Position numbers and translations under genes: made by a program. A DNA stretch of 64,000 nucleotides from Chrysemys picta bellii (Eukaryota), in NCBI RefSeq assembly GCF_011386835.1, contig NC_088806.1, forward strand, positions 23,374,001 through 23,438,000. Direction: 5' to 3'. Positions 1 to 12,978 of this stretch are shown here, in pieces. Positions within the stretch are counted from its first letter, which is position 1; every line of letters starts with the position of its first letter. The notes beneath the pieces are model-generated. The model saw only the letters and a list, made by a program, of their open reading frames with translations. It was not told the DNA's origin and did not search any database.

Positions 1-1343
1 TGAACTAGAAAAGGCCCCAGTTCTCTGGACTAGCCTCTCTGATGAAACTTCCTAATATAACCGAGTATCCTCTCAAAGATGCTTTGGCTTCTGGAGAATC
101 TGGAGTGCAATGAGCAGAATCAGAAAAAAATCAAAGGAAAAAATGTGGCAAACTAATTACGACAAATACTGAATGTCTTGTCCCTTGGGGGATTTTGCTA
201 CATGATACCAGTTATAAATAATACTTATAGGCTCTAGTTACTAAACATAGAACGTGAACTGACTTTTTTTGCTCTTCATCCTTCAAAGAGCCAAATCTTA
301 CTGGAGGGTAGACATCTGCACAGCACAGAACACTTGTACCCAGAGCTTGCCATCTAAAAAGGGGTAATGCTAGAAATTAAGAAGTAATATCATTGTTTCC
401 CTGAAAGCAATTCAGGATTAAACCCAAAGAGCTGATGTTGATGGGAAAGCTCAGCTCTGCCAAAGCTACAAACATTAAAAGTGGGCCATGCTGCATCTGC
501 TTTCCTTGCAAATTTGAGGGAGAGCCATCGGCTAAGTCACAGCTTGCATTGGTGGGGAAGCAGGGAGATCGCACAGCCATGAAAAGTCCCTTGGAGGAAG
601 TCTGGATGGTGCTCTGCTCACCTTTTTCATGGTGCACTATATACCCACTGTGTTGGTTCTACTCCAGACAGCTTTAAAATAACTGCGGTGAATGGGACAA
701 AACTCTTAAAATCCTGCCCTACACTAGTCTCCTATCTAAGCTATAAGACAGTTTAAGAGGCAGTTTAGACAAAGCATGTGATCAAGCAGTTTATTGGGAC
801 TCATGCCCTGTATTGGTAAACATGGCTGTACAGAAGGCCTAAGTGAGACTGAAGGAGAGGGACAAGAGGGCATGGTCACAATGCTGCTTTCATCTGGGTT
901 TATAGAACCATCTGGGGAAGGGGGCATCCTAAATAATCAATCCTTGGCCCCAGGGATTCCAGCATTGTGTCACAACTAGAACTTCACACCCAAAGTGCAG
1001 CTGCAGCTCTGCTACTTCCCCTCAAGCACCAGGCCCTACCACAGAAGAGTGTCAGTTAGCCAGTACCAACATGGGACTCCTGACATGCAATGGAGCCGCT
1101 TATATTCTATCCAGTGTAGGATGGGGTGCCAAAGGCACACTGGCCAGTTCACTACAGTATGTAGATTCAGATGGCTGCAGCTTGAAAAGAGAACCTGGAA
1201 CTCACCTCCCTCCCTCTTACCTGATTCTAACACCACGAGGTTATCACTTCTGTCTGTTGCTGAGGAGGACATCTGAGCAAATACCATCACTGTACAAATC
1301 CATTAGGGCCACATATGTGTATCTGTTGCTTTCTCTCACTCAC

Positions 1344-1494
1344 CTGCCTTTGGCAGCCCTCCACTATAATCAGTTTCTGCTGGGGTGAAGTACGAGCGAA
1401 GACTATTTCTGAGTGATTGATCAAGATCTCATCCAGCTGCTCTGCGGTCATATCCTTAAGCTCCATTCCGTTAATTACAGCAGCTCTAGCATCC
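1344..1494 (-). CDS. ATP12A: ATP12A exon 15 ([15 protein letters not shown]...[20 protein letters not shown]); gene continues left of the window
   Basis: cag|G...CAG|gtgag, 151 nt, [10 protein letters not shown] motif. No exon 16 (TGDGVND) found in 1-1343. Confidence 0.96.
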
Positions 1495-2046
1495 CTGTAA
1501 TAGCCACAGGAATGCACAGTGAAACTCAGACATAAAAGCTTAGATACAAACCATACATTCATACACTGTACTCAATTCAGTGGGTTGGGCATGGCAGCAA
1601 TAAGCAAGTTAATTTTAAGTAGCCTTCCTCGTTTGTCAGCAGGAATTACTTGAAAGGCTCTGTAGAAATGCAAGGTATTACTACAATTCCCTAGTGGAGA
1701 AAGTGGTAGTAGGCCCCATCAGTAGACCTTGCAAAAGAACAGAGATTGTGCTGTAGGGAGCAATGCTGTATTGGCTGGAAGAGGTGGAATGGTAGAATGG
1801 GTTATCTTATTCTTCTCTCACTGAATCATCAAAACTCCATTCAGCCTCAGTACATTTCAGAATAAACTAGATGGATGGATCTGGGTAGAAGAGATGAATA
1901 GTTGGATGGATATCAGGGCTAGGAAAGTACCAAGAAGCAGGAGAGCAAAAAGTGACTGTTTTGTAGAAACAGGTTAATACACGCATAAGAGGAGAAGGAA
2001 AGGTTTCATTTCCAGATAGCTACAGGTGCGTGCTGCCCGCTCTTAC

Positions 2047-2183
2047 TGTTTATTGACTTGCTCGACTGGAACGTTGAGGCGCTTGGCAATATCTTCCACG
2101 GTCTCGCTGTTGGCGGAAATGATGCCTACACTCTTGGCAATTGCTTTTGCTGTGATTGGATGATCGCCAGTGACCATGATAAC
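2047..2183 (-). CDS. ATP12A: ATP12A exon 14 ([46 protein letters not shown])
   Basis: cag|GTT...CA|gtaag, 137 nt, [12 protein letters not shown] motif. Confidence 0.96.
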
Positions 2184-3398
2184 CTGATGAAGGGACAAGT
2201 GTATCGAATGAGAAACTTAGGAATAGCAGAAGGAGGTGGCTGTTCTCCACCAATGAATGGCTTTGTTTCTTTAGCATGCTGAGCATGCAGTCAGGTTTTC
2301 AAAGATATTCAGATTGTTGCTAGTAACCTGCTAGCCCAATGTTAGCACCAGTTCCTAAGCCAAGTGACATTGGCACTGTTGAATTGAAAGTGAAAGGGAA
2401 GGCTTGGTTCAGGAAACCAGGCTCCTTCTCTAATTCTGATCTGCCTCACTCCTTCTCCTAAACAGAGGTCCTGTATTTATTTTTATATAGCACACTAATA
2501 ACCCCAAATGCTGTTGTATTGCTATTGAGTTGATGGGGACCAATACTGTAGAATAAAGAGTTTGCACGGTGTGTTGGAAACACTGATTAATATTGCAACA
2601 TAAACTAGGTCCTTGTGACAGGAGGTATCCTAGAAAATTGGGACACGCGTCTCTTCAACCTTTTAGGGGAGAGAGCTGCTTGGTAGCAAGCCTAGCAACC
2701 TCCGAATGCCAGCAGTTTACCAAATATTGGGACCGCCTTCATTTTGCCTTAGGCTGGTTGCTTCAAAGGCTGATTTCCCTTTCCTGATCCAATATGCAGT
2801 TGAAACTCGCTCCCCGTCACTAGCCTTGAGCTGCATATATACTTGAGGCTGTCCTGGCAAGACAGCTAGGGAAGCTGTTGCTTTGCATAGACTTCTAAAA
2901 ACTGAAAACTTTTCTAAAGTTTTCAGTTTTTATGATCTAAATGTAGTTCTTCCCCTTTCTGAAGGACTTTTGTCACTCTTTCATGGTTTAGGGTGAATAA
3001 TTCCAGCTCCATAGGTGCCTTTATGTATTAGAAATGGGCCTGAGCTGCAAGGTTGGATCTGGATCAACTTCTGCACCTCCCCCCAAATTTTGGAATCCTT
3101 TTGCATCTGGGGTTTTGGTTTCAGCCCATCTTTGCAATGGGCCCATTTACATTAAGTTCTCTTCATACCATGCTGGCAATGTAAAAGAGATTTTAAGTGG
3201 GTGTAAAAATTTACTCCCAGGTTAATACCCCAGGCCAACGTTAATGAGATAATAAGACTTCAGTTATCTCCTGAGATGTGTTTAACCTGAATACAGTAAA
3301 ATGTGACCATGATGCAGCAAGAACTTGAGGCTATATCATGGGCGCTTTAGGAATCTCTTATGTCGACCTGCTTTGCTGTTGACTGGCAGAAACCCTAC

Positions 3399-3574
3399 CT
3401 TGATCCCAGCACTGCGGCACTTTGACACGGCATCTGGCACGGTGGAGCGAGGTGGGTCAATCATGGATAAGAGTCCTACAAAGCACAGGTTGGAGGTGGG
3501 GAAGTTCATGGAGTCTGTATCAAAGGGGTAGGTGTCTGGAAACTCATCCTCTGGCAGGTACAAATGGCAGAAGC
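3399..3574 (-). CDS. ATP12A: ATP12A exon 13 ([12 protein letters not shown]...[26 protein letters not shown])
   Basis: cag|GC...AAG|gtagg, 176 nt, MIDPPR hinge motif. Confidence 0.96.
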
Positions 3575-4147
3575 CTGGAATGAAACCCAGTAGAGCAGTG
3601 TGAGAGCAGGGTGGAGGGGAAGGGTCAAAAGAGAAAGGGAGACTTGGTACAGCATGACTATTTGTTCTTCTCTACGTTATACCACTGCATTTTAAAAAAA
3701 CAACCATGAAATGTCCTCTGTGGTGGAATTTTAATCCCTTGTCAGCTGCATTAATGTTCTTTTACAGCACCAGCATTCAAAGAAATGTAGCTGGTACCTG
3801 CTCCCTCCCCCACATAGTGCAAGCTACTGTCCCAAGGTCCCTGCTGGAAAGAGTTTACAGCAGTGTTGATGTGGGTTAACCCTCTAGTTATTTTGAGGGT
3901 TTTTTTTATCATTTCATCCATGAATGAGCAGGTCATTTCTCTTCTTTTTCCTCTGAGACTGCACCCATTTTCAGCTGTCATTCCAAGACTGGAATGAGGA
4001 TTGTCACATGTATAATATTCCCATGCACACCTAATGCATCCTTTATTGTAACATCCAGTTGCCCAGAGCCACTGGCGTTTAACTCAGTTTTAATTTCCCA
4101 ATTCCTTTCTCTGTTGCAATCCATTTTCAGTTCCCTTTTGAACTCAC

Positions 4148-4340
4148 CCAGCACTCTCTCTCCCAGGCCTCCCAATTCCATGTATGCCGTCTGAAAAGCC
4201 TCAGCCCTCTCTCTATCCAGTGGCTGTTCTTCGCCATTGATCATGATGGTGCTGCATCTCTCTAGGATCCTCTCTGGGGCTCCTTTCATCACCAGCAGGA
4301 AGCGTTTATCATTGGGGTCTTCGGTCTCATGGATTGAGAG
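4148..4340 (-). CDS. ATP12A: ATP12A exon 12 ([30 protein letters not shown]...GGLGERVL-G)
   Basis: cag|CTC...G|gtgag, 193 nt, MKGAPE (FITC/ATP-site lysine). Confidence 0.96.
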
Positions 4341-4450
4341 CTGTGGGCACCATGAAGATGGAATGATTGAAACAGTGTATGGTCCCCTTCAGTTTCCACC
4401 ATAACCCACCAACGGCTAAATTCTGCCCTCAGATATGCAACCCCCACTTT

Positions 4451-4623
4451 AAGGGCCCGCTCTAGGCACCAGCAAACCAAGCATGTGCGTGGGGCGGCAC
4501 AATTTCAGGGGCGGCATTCTGAATGCCCTTTTTTTTTTTTTTTGCTTCTGCAGTTGCACTCCCGGAGGTTTTTTTTTTTTTTTCTTTTTGCTTGGGGCGG
4601 CAAAAAACCTAGAACTGGCCCTG
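4451..4623. mobile_element. hAT-type MITE in ATP12A intron 11
   Basis: Imperfect TIRs (aagggcccgctctag / ctagaactggccctg) and near-perfect 8-bp TSD cccacttt/cccactgt. Confidence 0.75.
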
Positions 4624-5261
4624 CCCACTGTGATGGCAATGGGAATTGGCCGTGCTTGTCTGACAGCAGAATTTGACCATAAGAGTCCATTTAACTTGGA
4701 GCCAAGAAATATTTCTCCTCCTCTTTCTCACTAATGTACATTATCTCTTCTGAAGTGATAAATCTGGTCTTTGATAGAATGAAATACCTTGCTCTAATGA
4801 CATATACTAGATCACTGTGTGATAATAATCTTATTTTAATAAGACACAGGTGCCCAAACTTTGCCCAGTCTTAGGCAGCATTGTCAACTTTCTAGGAGCC
4901 TGAGGGCTGTCAATAGTGTTATTTCCATAAAATGATGCAGATCGGATTCACCCTCATCTTTAATAATGTTTATAGAAACTATAGGTTCCTACATACTGTG
5001 CTCAAGGCAGCTTGGCCACACTGCATGGGCTACAGCTCCATTCCCTCTTTCGTAATGTAACCTGAATTCCCTGGAACTAATTGCATGGCCTTGCATGAAA
5101 GTCCCAGCAGGGTAGCTGCCTCCATGGAAATACGTGGCTCTGAGCTTAAACTGCATAGGATATTGAATTTCCCCATTAATGTCACCATGCCCCAGCCACA
5201 AACACTGGGTTGGACAAAGATATGGATCGATTGGTTCATTTTCCAAAGAAGAAAGTCACAC

Positions 5262-5396
5262 CTGGAATTTGTTAGTAGAATTGAAAGGAATTTCGGCCAG
5301 TTTTCTGTTCCGTTTTCTAATGCCCATGACATCACCCAAGATTACTTCAGCAAATTTCAGCAGGGCTGTTTCTGAGGCGTCGCCCACCACAACTCT
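5262..5396 (-). CDS. ATP12A: ATP12A exon 11 ([45 protein letters not shown]; N domain)
   Basis: cag|AGA...CAG|gtgtg, 135 nt, GDASE and EIPFNSTNK motifs. Confidence 0.95.
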
Positions 5397-6199
5397 CTGT
5401 GCAGAGAAGAACAAACATGTATTTTTAGTAGTCATACTTTTGCACTTTCATCCAAGGAACTGAAATAAGTTTACACACATGTGTGATAGAGTGTGTGCTT
5501 TCTAATGTAGCTGTCACTCTGGCAGCAAAGCACCAACCAGTTTACCTAAAGCAAGCAATCAGTACGAGAGATTATATTTTCCATCCTTCTCTTGAATTAT
5601 GCCATGGGAGCATTTGGGTTGTATTGCTGTTGATTTTATTAATTGCGGTCTTTAGGGTAGTGATATTGAGCCATTCTTTAGGGTTGCTGTTGTGACAAAG
5701 CTACTGCAAAGAGGTGAGATTTGCATTTAATTCAGTGGAAGTGAAAGATCTGTGGCTGTTCTCTGCTCTGGGGCAAATGAATGTTCTCTTCACTTAATGT
5801 CAGTGCCTCAGTTTACCCAATTGTCAAGTGAGTTCCATTGCATGTCACAGTCAGTGAGAGAATCAAGAGTAGAGCCCAGGAATCTGGAGTCCCCTGTTCT
5901 AATCAGAGTACTGCCTATAACAAATGCTTTACAAGGAAATAACTCAAGTTCTTACCCTTTCTATCTTTTTATTAGTTTAGATTAATAGTGTGGAAAGACT
6001 AATCTTGATATCTGAGCTGTCTTTTGACTTAAATGAATATTGCTTTTGTCTGTTCCCTCTTTCTATTTCTTTCAAGGGTAAAGCAAGGAACACAAAAGTG
6101 ATGGGAATTTTAAAATGAAAGGCAGCACTAAAAACAAAGACAAACTTTGCATGCAATCTTTTCAGTGTAAAACAAATGATCTCAGAAAGTAGCGGATAC

Positions 6200-6309
6200 C
6201 TTCATTATTGGAACGTTCTCCTGTCCTGGTTTGAATTCGGCTCGGTTGCAGAGGGTTACGATCTTTGATAAAGTTGCCCATGATTGAGAACTTTGATCAA
6301 AGGACTGGG
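6200..6309 (-). CDS. ATP12A: ATP12A exon 10 ([37 protein letters not shown])
   Basis: cag|CC...AAG|gtatc, 110 nt, LCNRAEF motif; translated by hand. Confidence 0.95.
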
Positions 6310-6950
6310 CTGAAAAGAAGCAAAAAACCATACAAATATTGCAGCTTTTTAGATGCTGGATAGTGGAATCCTTATGTTAAAGCAGCTGCAGGAGAAAACG
6401 GCCATTCTTATCAGATTCAGGTATATAGAAATTCAAACCATATCTTCCCCCGTGCACACCATACCTCCATACCAGTCCTGCCAGAGTTATTTTGGCAAAG
6501 ACGCCTTGTTTGTTTAGTGCTGAAGAGGGGATGGATTAGTACTTCCTAGACTGAAGAATTCTATTTCTCCAGAAAACAGCTGTAGGACAGGCTCTCTTCC
6601 CCCACCGCACACAAAGTGCTTCAACCTGATTTTATAAGGACCATCTGCGGGGGTGAGATTGGAATTCAGGCTCCATCCAGTCCTTGCTATCTCTGCTAAA
6701 ATGGTCAACAAGGTGTGGGGGGAGACTTCTTGTTACCAGCTGGATTGCTTTTTCTGATATCCAGTGGTGCTTGTCCAGTGGGACCTGTCCTGAGTCCCAC
6801 CAGCTTGTTTGAAAGCAGTTCACCAAAGAGCCATCAGATGATGTGACTACAAGTCGTCACCATCGGCCTCAGCTAAATTCAGATTGACATCCACCTTGTG
6901 GCATGTCTAAGCCACCTGGTTGCCCTTCTCCATCTCCCATATATATTTAC

Positions 6951-7149
6951 TTGTTTGTTCTTCACTGGTATCAGCTGAGTAGATCTGATCGTCAAACCAA
7001 AGATGGGCAACAGTCATCCTGTTCTGTGTGAGGGTCCCTGTCTTGTCAGAGCAGATGATGGAGGTCGAGCCCAGCGTTTCCACAGCTTCTAAGTTCTTTA
7101 CCAGGCAATTCTTCTTTGCCATTCGCTTGGCTGTCAGAGACAAACTCAC
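6951..7149 (-). CDS. ATP12A: ATP12A exon 9 ([45 protein letters not shown]...; phosphorylation site D388 at 7045-7047)
   Basis: tag|GTG...ACAA|gtaaa, 199 nt, DKTGTLT P-type ATPase signature. Confidence 0.97.
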
Positions 7150-8770
7150 CTAGGGGAATGGGAGAATTGCAGCTCCCTGTTAGTGAGGTACCATTACAGG
7201 TGAGCAATGTCATAAAGCTGTGCACAACGCGACTCCGTGGATTGTAACCTGAGCTTGTTTGAAATTTCAACTAAAACATTTTTTCAAGGAAAAAAACTGA
7301 AAAATGCAGTAATTTTTTTAAATATTTTAAATGAAGAAAAATGGGTTTTGTTTTTCAAAAAACATAGCCAAAAAGTTTTTCTTCGAAAGATTTTTGTTGT
7401 TGTTGTTGAAAATCCAGGAAATGTTCACTGAGCTTTTTGGAAAAAAGTTCTGAATTTTTTAATTAAAAAATGCTATTTTTGAACCAACCATAGTCCTGCT
7501 AAAGCTATAGGTCCTGATTCTGATCTCCATTATATTCATGTAAAAATCTAGAGTAATTTCATTGATGCCAGTGAAGCTACTCCAGATTAACAATGGTGTA
7601 ACTGAGATCAGAATCTGGCCTCTAGTTAGCAAATACTGCATCTGGCACACAGGCTCATGCGTGGTTAGACAAGATTATTATTGCCTTGACGATAGGAGGA
7701 GGGCATGACAGCCATTAGGACCATATTTCAAGTAAAAGGACTGGAATTTGGGAGAAGCTCATAACTGCAAAGCTAATAGTAGCTCACATTACCACTAACT
7801 TTGTCATAATATTTCCAAGGTGACCATCACTGTGGTGTCCTGGTACTAATAATTATTATAGTTGTTTGTCACCAAAGATGACTGACAATGGTTTCACATC
7901 TTGAGTATGGTTGTGGCTAAGACCACTGATGTGTGAGTGGCTGTTCTTTCCATGTGAAGTGCATAGGTAGCTCGATGCTGAGGAAAGGATTAGGACTATT
8001 ACTAGTGGTACTCATAATACTTTGCACTTCTTTGTACCATCTATCTGAGGCTTTTGCAATGCTTATAACTATTACTGAACTGAATCTTTCATACACACAT
8101 GAAGTAGTAATACCCCCGTTTTACAGATGAGGAAATGAAGGCAAATAGAAGGGAAGTGGCTTGCTCAAGGTCATGTAGCGGGTCAGTAACGGGAACAGAA
8201 ATGGTACCCAACACTATATTAAAGGGTGTGTGGATGTGTACACATAGGTACATGGGATTGTTGTGCTGAAGTCTTTGAGATTAAGGTCTCTGCTAATTCT
8301 AGAGTTCCCTATCTTGAATTGGGAAATTCCCAGCTCTGAAAAGATATCTGTAAGGTCTTCTCAGGGCTGGCGTGAGTTCACATGAGGTCACCTGTAAATA
8401 CTTGATCTTGCAGCAGCTGTTGCATCTGCTATAAGATCACAAAAACTAGAAATGGCCGAACATGGTGATACTGGGATGGGAGTTGAGTTTGGATTTTCCA
8501 AAACCTGTGCGGGTCCAAGGCCCCAAAGTTCAGATGGATTTAAGTAAACAGTTCCATCCTTAGCCCATTTCTCAATAAGAGTGCACCCATTTTAATCCTA
8601 GCTCTACTAAGGGATTATGAGAATTGGGGATCCCCTGCTGTTAACTGCAAGAACCTAGGACTGGCCATGTTCCTAGACCATCTTGTACTGTGATGCACAC
8701 ACTGACATGAATTCTGATACAAACAGAAGCAAAGCTGTACAATGCATGCTAATGGCCTGTGTAGACTTAC

Positions 8771-9039
8771 AGTAACGGTGGCTAGCAGTCCTTCGGGCAC
8801 ATTGGCCACAATGATGCCAATGAGAAAGATGATGGAGTCCAGAACCTTGTATTTCATGGACACAGCAATGATGAAGAAGAGAACCCCAATAGAAACAGCC
8901 ACTCCTGCCACAATATGCACAAAGTGCTCAATCTCAATAGCAATGGGTGTCTTCTCATTCCCAACTCCAGATGCCAGTGAGGCAATGCGCCCGATGATAG
9001 TGTGATCCCCAGTGTTGATTACCATGCCAGTGGCAGTAC
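8771..9039 (-). CDS. ATP12A: ATP12A exon 8 ([10 protein letters not shown]...[15 protein letters not shown]; TM3-TM4)
   Basis: cag|GT...ACT|gtaag, 269 nt, PEGL cation-binding motif. Confidence 0.97.
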
Positions 9040-9805
9040 CTGGAAGAAAAGGAGAGGTTATCACCACCGTGTGGGATTGGTTCCCTAAAGAGAATTACAA
9101 TTAGTAAAGAAATATGTTACTGCATCACCTAGGAGCTTCATTCCTGGACCCAGGCCCCATTGTGCTACACGTCTCGTGTGCTATATTGCCCTGTTATTAG
9201 GGACCTTTCTCAACCTTTTATTTACATCCATCTCAGAAATCTGAGGGGATTATCTACATAAGGGAGGGGAGGGTCTTGCAGTGTATTTTCATCAGTGGTG
9301 TTCATTAATTGTACTGCAGTAGCACTGTAAGGCCTCAGTCAACAATCAGGGACCCATTGTACAGAACGCTAGACAAACATATAGTAAATAATTTGATATA
9401 TGTGGCACCAAATACTTTTTTTCCCCCTCTGAAAATAAGAGCAACTTTCCTCAAGCATCTGAAGCACTTATTTATGGGCAGCTCTGACTTTCCATGACTT
9501 AGGATAATGATGGGAAAGCCAAAGGAGAGCAGGAGTTGATCAGCTATTGCTTATGCTGTATCTAGTGCCAGACCAGACAGCCAACAATACATGTCAGCTA
9601 TGGGTCCTAGGTAGAACTTAGTGCTTTGAGTTTTATTTTTGTTTGCATGGTGTGTTTCTTTTTTCTAATTGCTCATTTGTTTTTCTTTGTCCTAAACCTT
9701 TCTGGGGATTCCTAGAAAAAGCACCATCGAGAATTAGTAGCAGGTGTGATGGGGTGCCTATACACAAGCAGGTTCCTCAGCCCCTTCCTTCAGTCTGCAG
9801 GTTAC

Positions 9806-9923
9806 CTTCCAGGCAGGTTGTAGAATAGAATGCAATGTTCTTAGTCTCCAAGGGGTTTTCATGGGTGAAGTCGCAGGAACGGCTTTGTGGTTCTGATTCC
9901 CCCGTGAGGGAGGAATTATCCAC
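9806..9923 (-). CDS. ATP12A: ATP12A exon 7 ([40 protein letters not shown]; TGES motif)
   Basis: cag|GTG...GAAG|gtaac, 118 nt. Not in the ORF track in this frame; translated by hand. Confidence 0.96.
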
Positions 9924-10505
9924 CTGTCAGTCAACAAAAGACACACTCATGCAGTTGGCAACCCTCGCTTACATACACCTGTATGGAAGGGCTGCAGCAA
10001 TCGTGGTGGTGGGTGGCAGGGATATAGTAATCAGAAGAGTCTAACTTTGTTCCTGATAGGAGAGTATGACAGGGCAAATGCCTCTATTATCATGGAGATC
10101 CAGTCAAACCAGTGTAATGCCTAGTGACTTGGAGGGAAGCATAACTCAGATAGCTACCTCCAACACTGCAGAGAGGTTTACTGGGTCAGTGCTTCCATCA
10201 CTGCATTGGGAAATAGCACTGGCAGGAGACTGGCTGTAGTATCATGATGGAGAGGAGATGCACTTGACTCTCCCTTGGAGTGGGGAATTGTTATAAGTAA
10301 TGGGCTTTTCTGTCCCACGTGCACTGGGTGCTACAGTGGACCTTCTACACAGGCACAGCATAGATGTAAAACCAAGGTTTCTATTGGCTGATGAGCTATT
10401 CTCTCTGTACAAATGGTCTCTCCTTTCTTGCAACCTCTCTGAAAAAAGTGGCATAAACGTCACATATCCTTTTTCATCCCTGTACATCCTAAAGCTGGTG
10501 TTTAC

Positions 10506-10640
10506 CTTACACCCCTGAGAAAAGATCAGACGGATGTCAGCTGGGATCCGATCTCCACCTTTAATCTCCACTATGTCCCCCACCACCAGCTGCTCTGCAG
10601 GCACTTCCTTCTTCTCTCCATCTCGGATGACAAGAGCTTG
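10506..10640 (-). CDS. ATP12A: ATP12A exon 6 ([45 protein letters not shown]; A domain)
   Basis: tag|CAA...AAG|gtaaa, 135 nt. Confidence 0.96.
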
Positions 10641-11602
10641 CTATGGGACAAGAGAACAACAAGAATGTAACCAGTCCCACATCCTGCTTTCACCATGGAT
10701 GAAATTCACCCCGTGCAGAGAGCAGATACAAGGCCTGTGTACCCCCTACCCCCGTTTTTGAGCTCTGCTCAGGGGTTGAAATTTACCCCTACTGGTTCCC
10801 CTTTGTTATACATCAGCATAATTCCTTTCTTCCTCATCATCTACTGAATTCCATGTAAGTCACCAATGAAAGATCACCAAGGTCAGCTGATAACACTTAG
10901 CACTTGGTATAGCACCTTTCATTCAAGGATCTCAAAGAGATTTACAGGGGAGGCAATACTGTTGCCATTTCACAGATGGGTAAACACAGGCATAGAGGTT
11001 GTAACTTGCCCAAGATTATACACCATGAGTAACAGAGCTGGGAATAGAAATGGGAGGTCTCCCTTGCTGTAATCATACTGCTGCCCAGTTCTCTTCAGTG
11101 CATTCTTTTTTAATTCAATTTTCAACCTAACAGAACAGTAACTCCATATTATGCTGCAAGCTCATTGGACAAGGTGCCTGGTAGCAATAGATGTTCATAC
11201 AATACCACATATGTTTGGCACTCTTGATAATTATTAACATTAGTCTGGGTTACATCAGTAAAACAAACTAAAGGATCTCATGTTTGAGTAAGAGAGAGGA
11301 TAAATTGCCCAAGAGTGATCTGGATCCTTCTGGTGAAGGATGGAGTTTGGAGAAAAATTATTCCCAACTCTAAGACCGGATTCTGCTTCTCATCCACTGA
11401 AAGCCCTGGGGGCTGAATTCTATGATGGGAATACCATGAGCAAAGCCACTATTGAGTTAAAAGGGAAACTTAATTCTCCCTTCACTATTAAAGAGGGTAC
11501 CCACTAGGCCAGTTTTGTGCCATTAATACATTTAAAATCTTCAACCTCCAACTGTTTTGGTCCCTTGCTCTTCAGAAACAGAGAGGAAGGTTGGCCACTC
11601 AC

Positions 11603-11716
11603 CTGTGGAATCATTTTACTGAAGCTGGCCATGATGTTGGTACTTTTAGCCTCTTGGTAGTAAGCGAAGATACCGGTGAGGATGACAACCAGAGCGAGGA
11701 CTACTCCCAAGTACAG
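11603..11716 (-). CDS. ATP12A: ATP12A exon 5 ([38 protein letters not shown]; TM2)
   Basis: cag|CTG...CAG|gtgag, 114 nt. Confidence 0.96.
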
Positions 11717-12774
11717 CTGACCGATAAGAGAAATGATTCCAGTTAGTTTAAAAACAACATTTACTGTTGTTCCTGATACAAATAATAATAACACAATTTG
11801 ATAAAATAAACTCTTCAGGCAGAGGTGGAACTAGTTTTAACTGGTTAAGAGAGAACTGTGGAATTCTACTGTCTGCTCATGCATGTTAATAAGCAGTACG
11901 GACCATAACGGCTCCTCAAATGACAAACTAGGATTTTAAGAGTTTTCATAAGAATCTCATCTGAATGGAAGCCAAGCCAGCTGTTTGGGGGTCAGGGTGG
12001 AAGCACATGATTAGAAGGCTGGAGATGAACTACACACCCTCCAGTTTGGATTTGCACCTAGAAGACTGGGTGCTCATCCAAACTTTTGAATCTTTTGGGT
12101 TTAGACGTCAGGCTGCAGAGCTCACAGGAATAAGTGCTTTCAGGAGAATTCCAGTAATTCCTGGAAACTATTGGATTGGGAGTAGTAACTGAATAGCCTT
12201 ATGATACTTTATTATTTCTTCATCCGTAAAGAATAAAATTCTGAAAGCACCTACATGACTTTTGAAAATGGAACTTAGGCTTCTAAATCCTTTAGGTGCT
12301 TTTGAAGATTTTACCCCAAAACAGGAGATGCAGAGGCCACCATAAAAATGAACAGACAACCCCCCACACACACACATCCACCACACTTAAGCTGTGTTTA
12401 TTTGTTTGGTGTCTTCAAAGCCCTATCTATTATAATCTCCAAAATAAAACAAGAACTGCAACCAACCAACCAGAAGCAGACAAAGAGGACATGCTCCAAG
12501 TAGAGTTTTTACCCCAAAAGAGGAGAAGAGTCAGACTCCGTAAAGTCCATTAGGGACTTCACTGTTGCACTTGAAAGTGCTTAGATACTATGGTGATGGG
12601 TGGCAGTACAAAAGCCTAAGATAGATAAAGAGAGAGCAGACGGAGTATACCAATAAATCTGTCATTTATTGGAATGATTCAATACTGAAGTAGGAGGATT
12701 GGAGACCCCAGCTCTCTAAAAAGTCCTACCAGACTATAAAGAGGTGATGACCAGATAGCTGGCATAGTACTTAC

Positions 12775-12978
12775 ATTGTCAAATGCTGAAGCAACACCTT
12801 GAGCAAGCTGAATCCCGAAGGCAATCCAGCAGAGCAAAGCCCCCACCCATAAGAGGATGGAGAACCCTCCCACCATCTGCTTGAGGAACTTAATGATTTC
12901 AGGAGTGGATTTAGGAGGAGTGAGAGCGTTGGGACCATCTCGGGCCAGAATCTCTGCTGCTCTTGCACTAGTGAGACC
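12775..12978 (-). CDS. ATP12A: ATP12A exon 4 ([22 protein letters not shown]...[14 protein letters not shown]...DN; TM1)
   Basis: cag|GGT...AAT|gtaag, 204 nt. [14 protein letters not shown] identifies ATP12A rather than ATP1A (FCRQLFGG) or ATP4A (FARQLAGG). Confidence 0.96.

Noticed and set aside
1-1343. ATP12A exon 16 (TGDGVNDSPALKKAD)
   Set aside because: Searched by eye on the minus strand and not found; it must lie left of the window.
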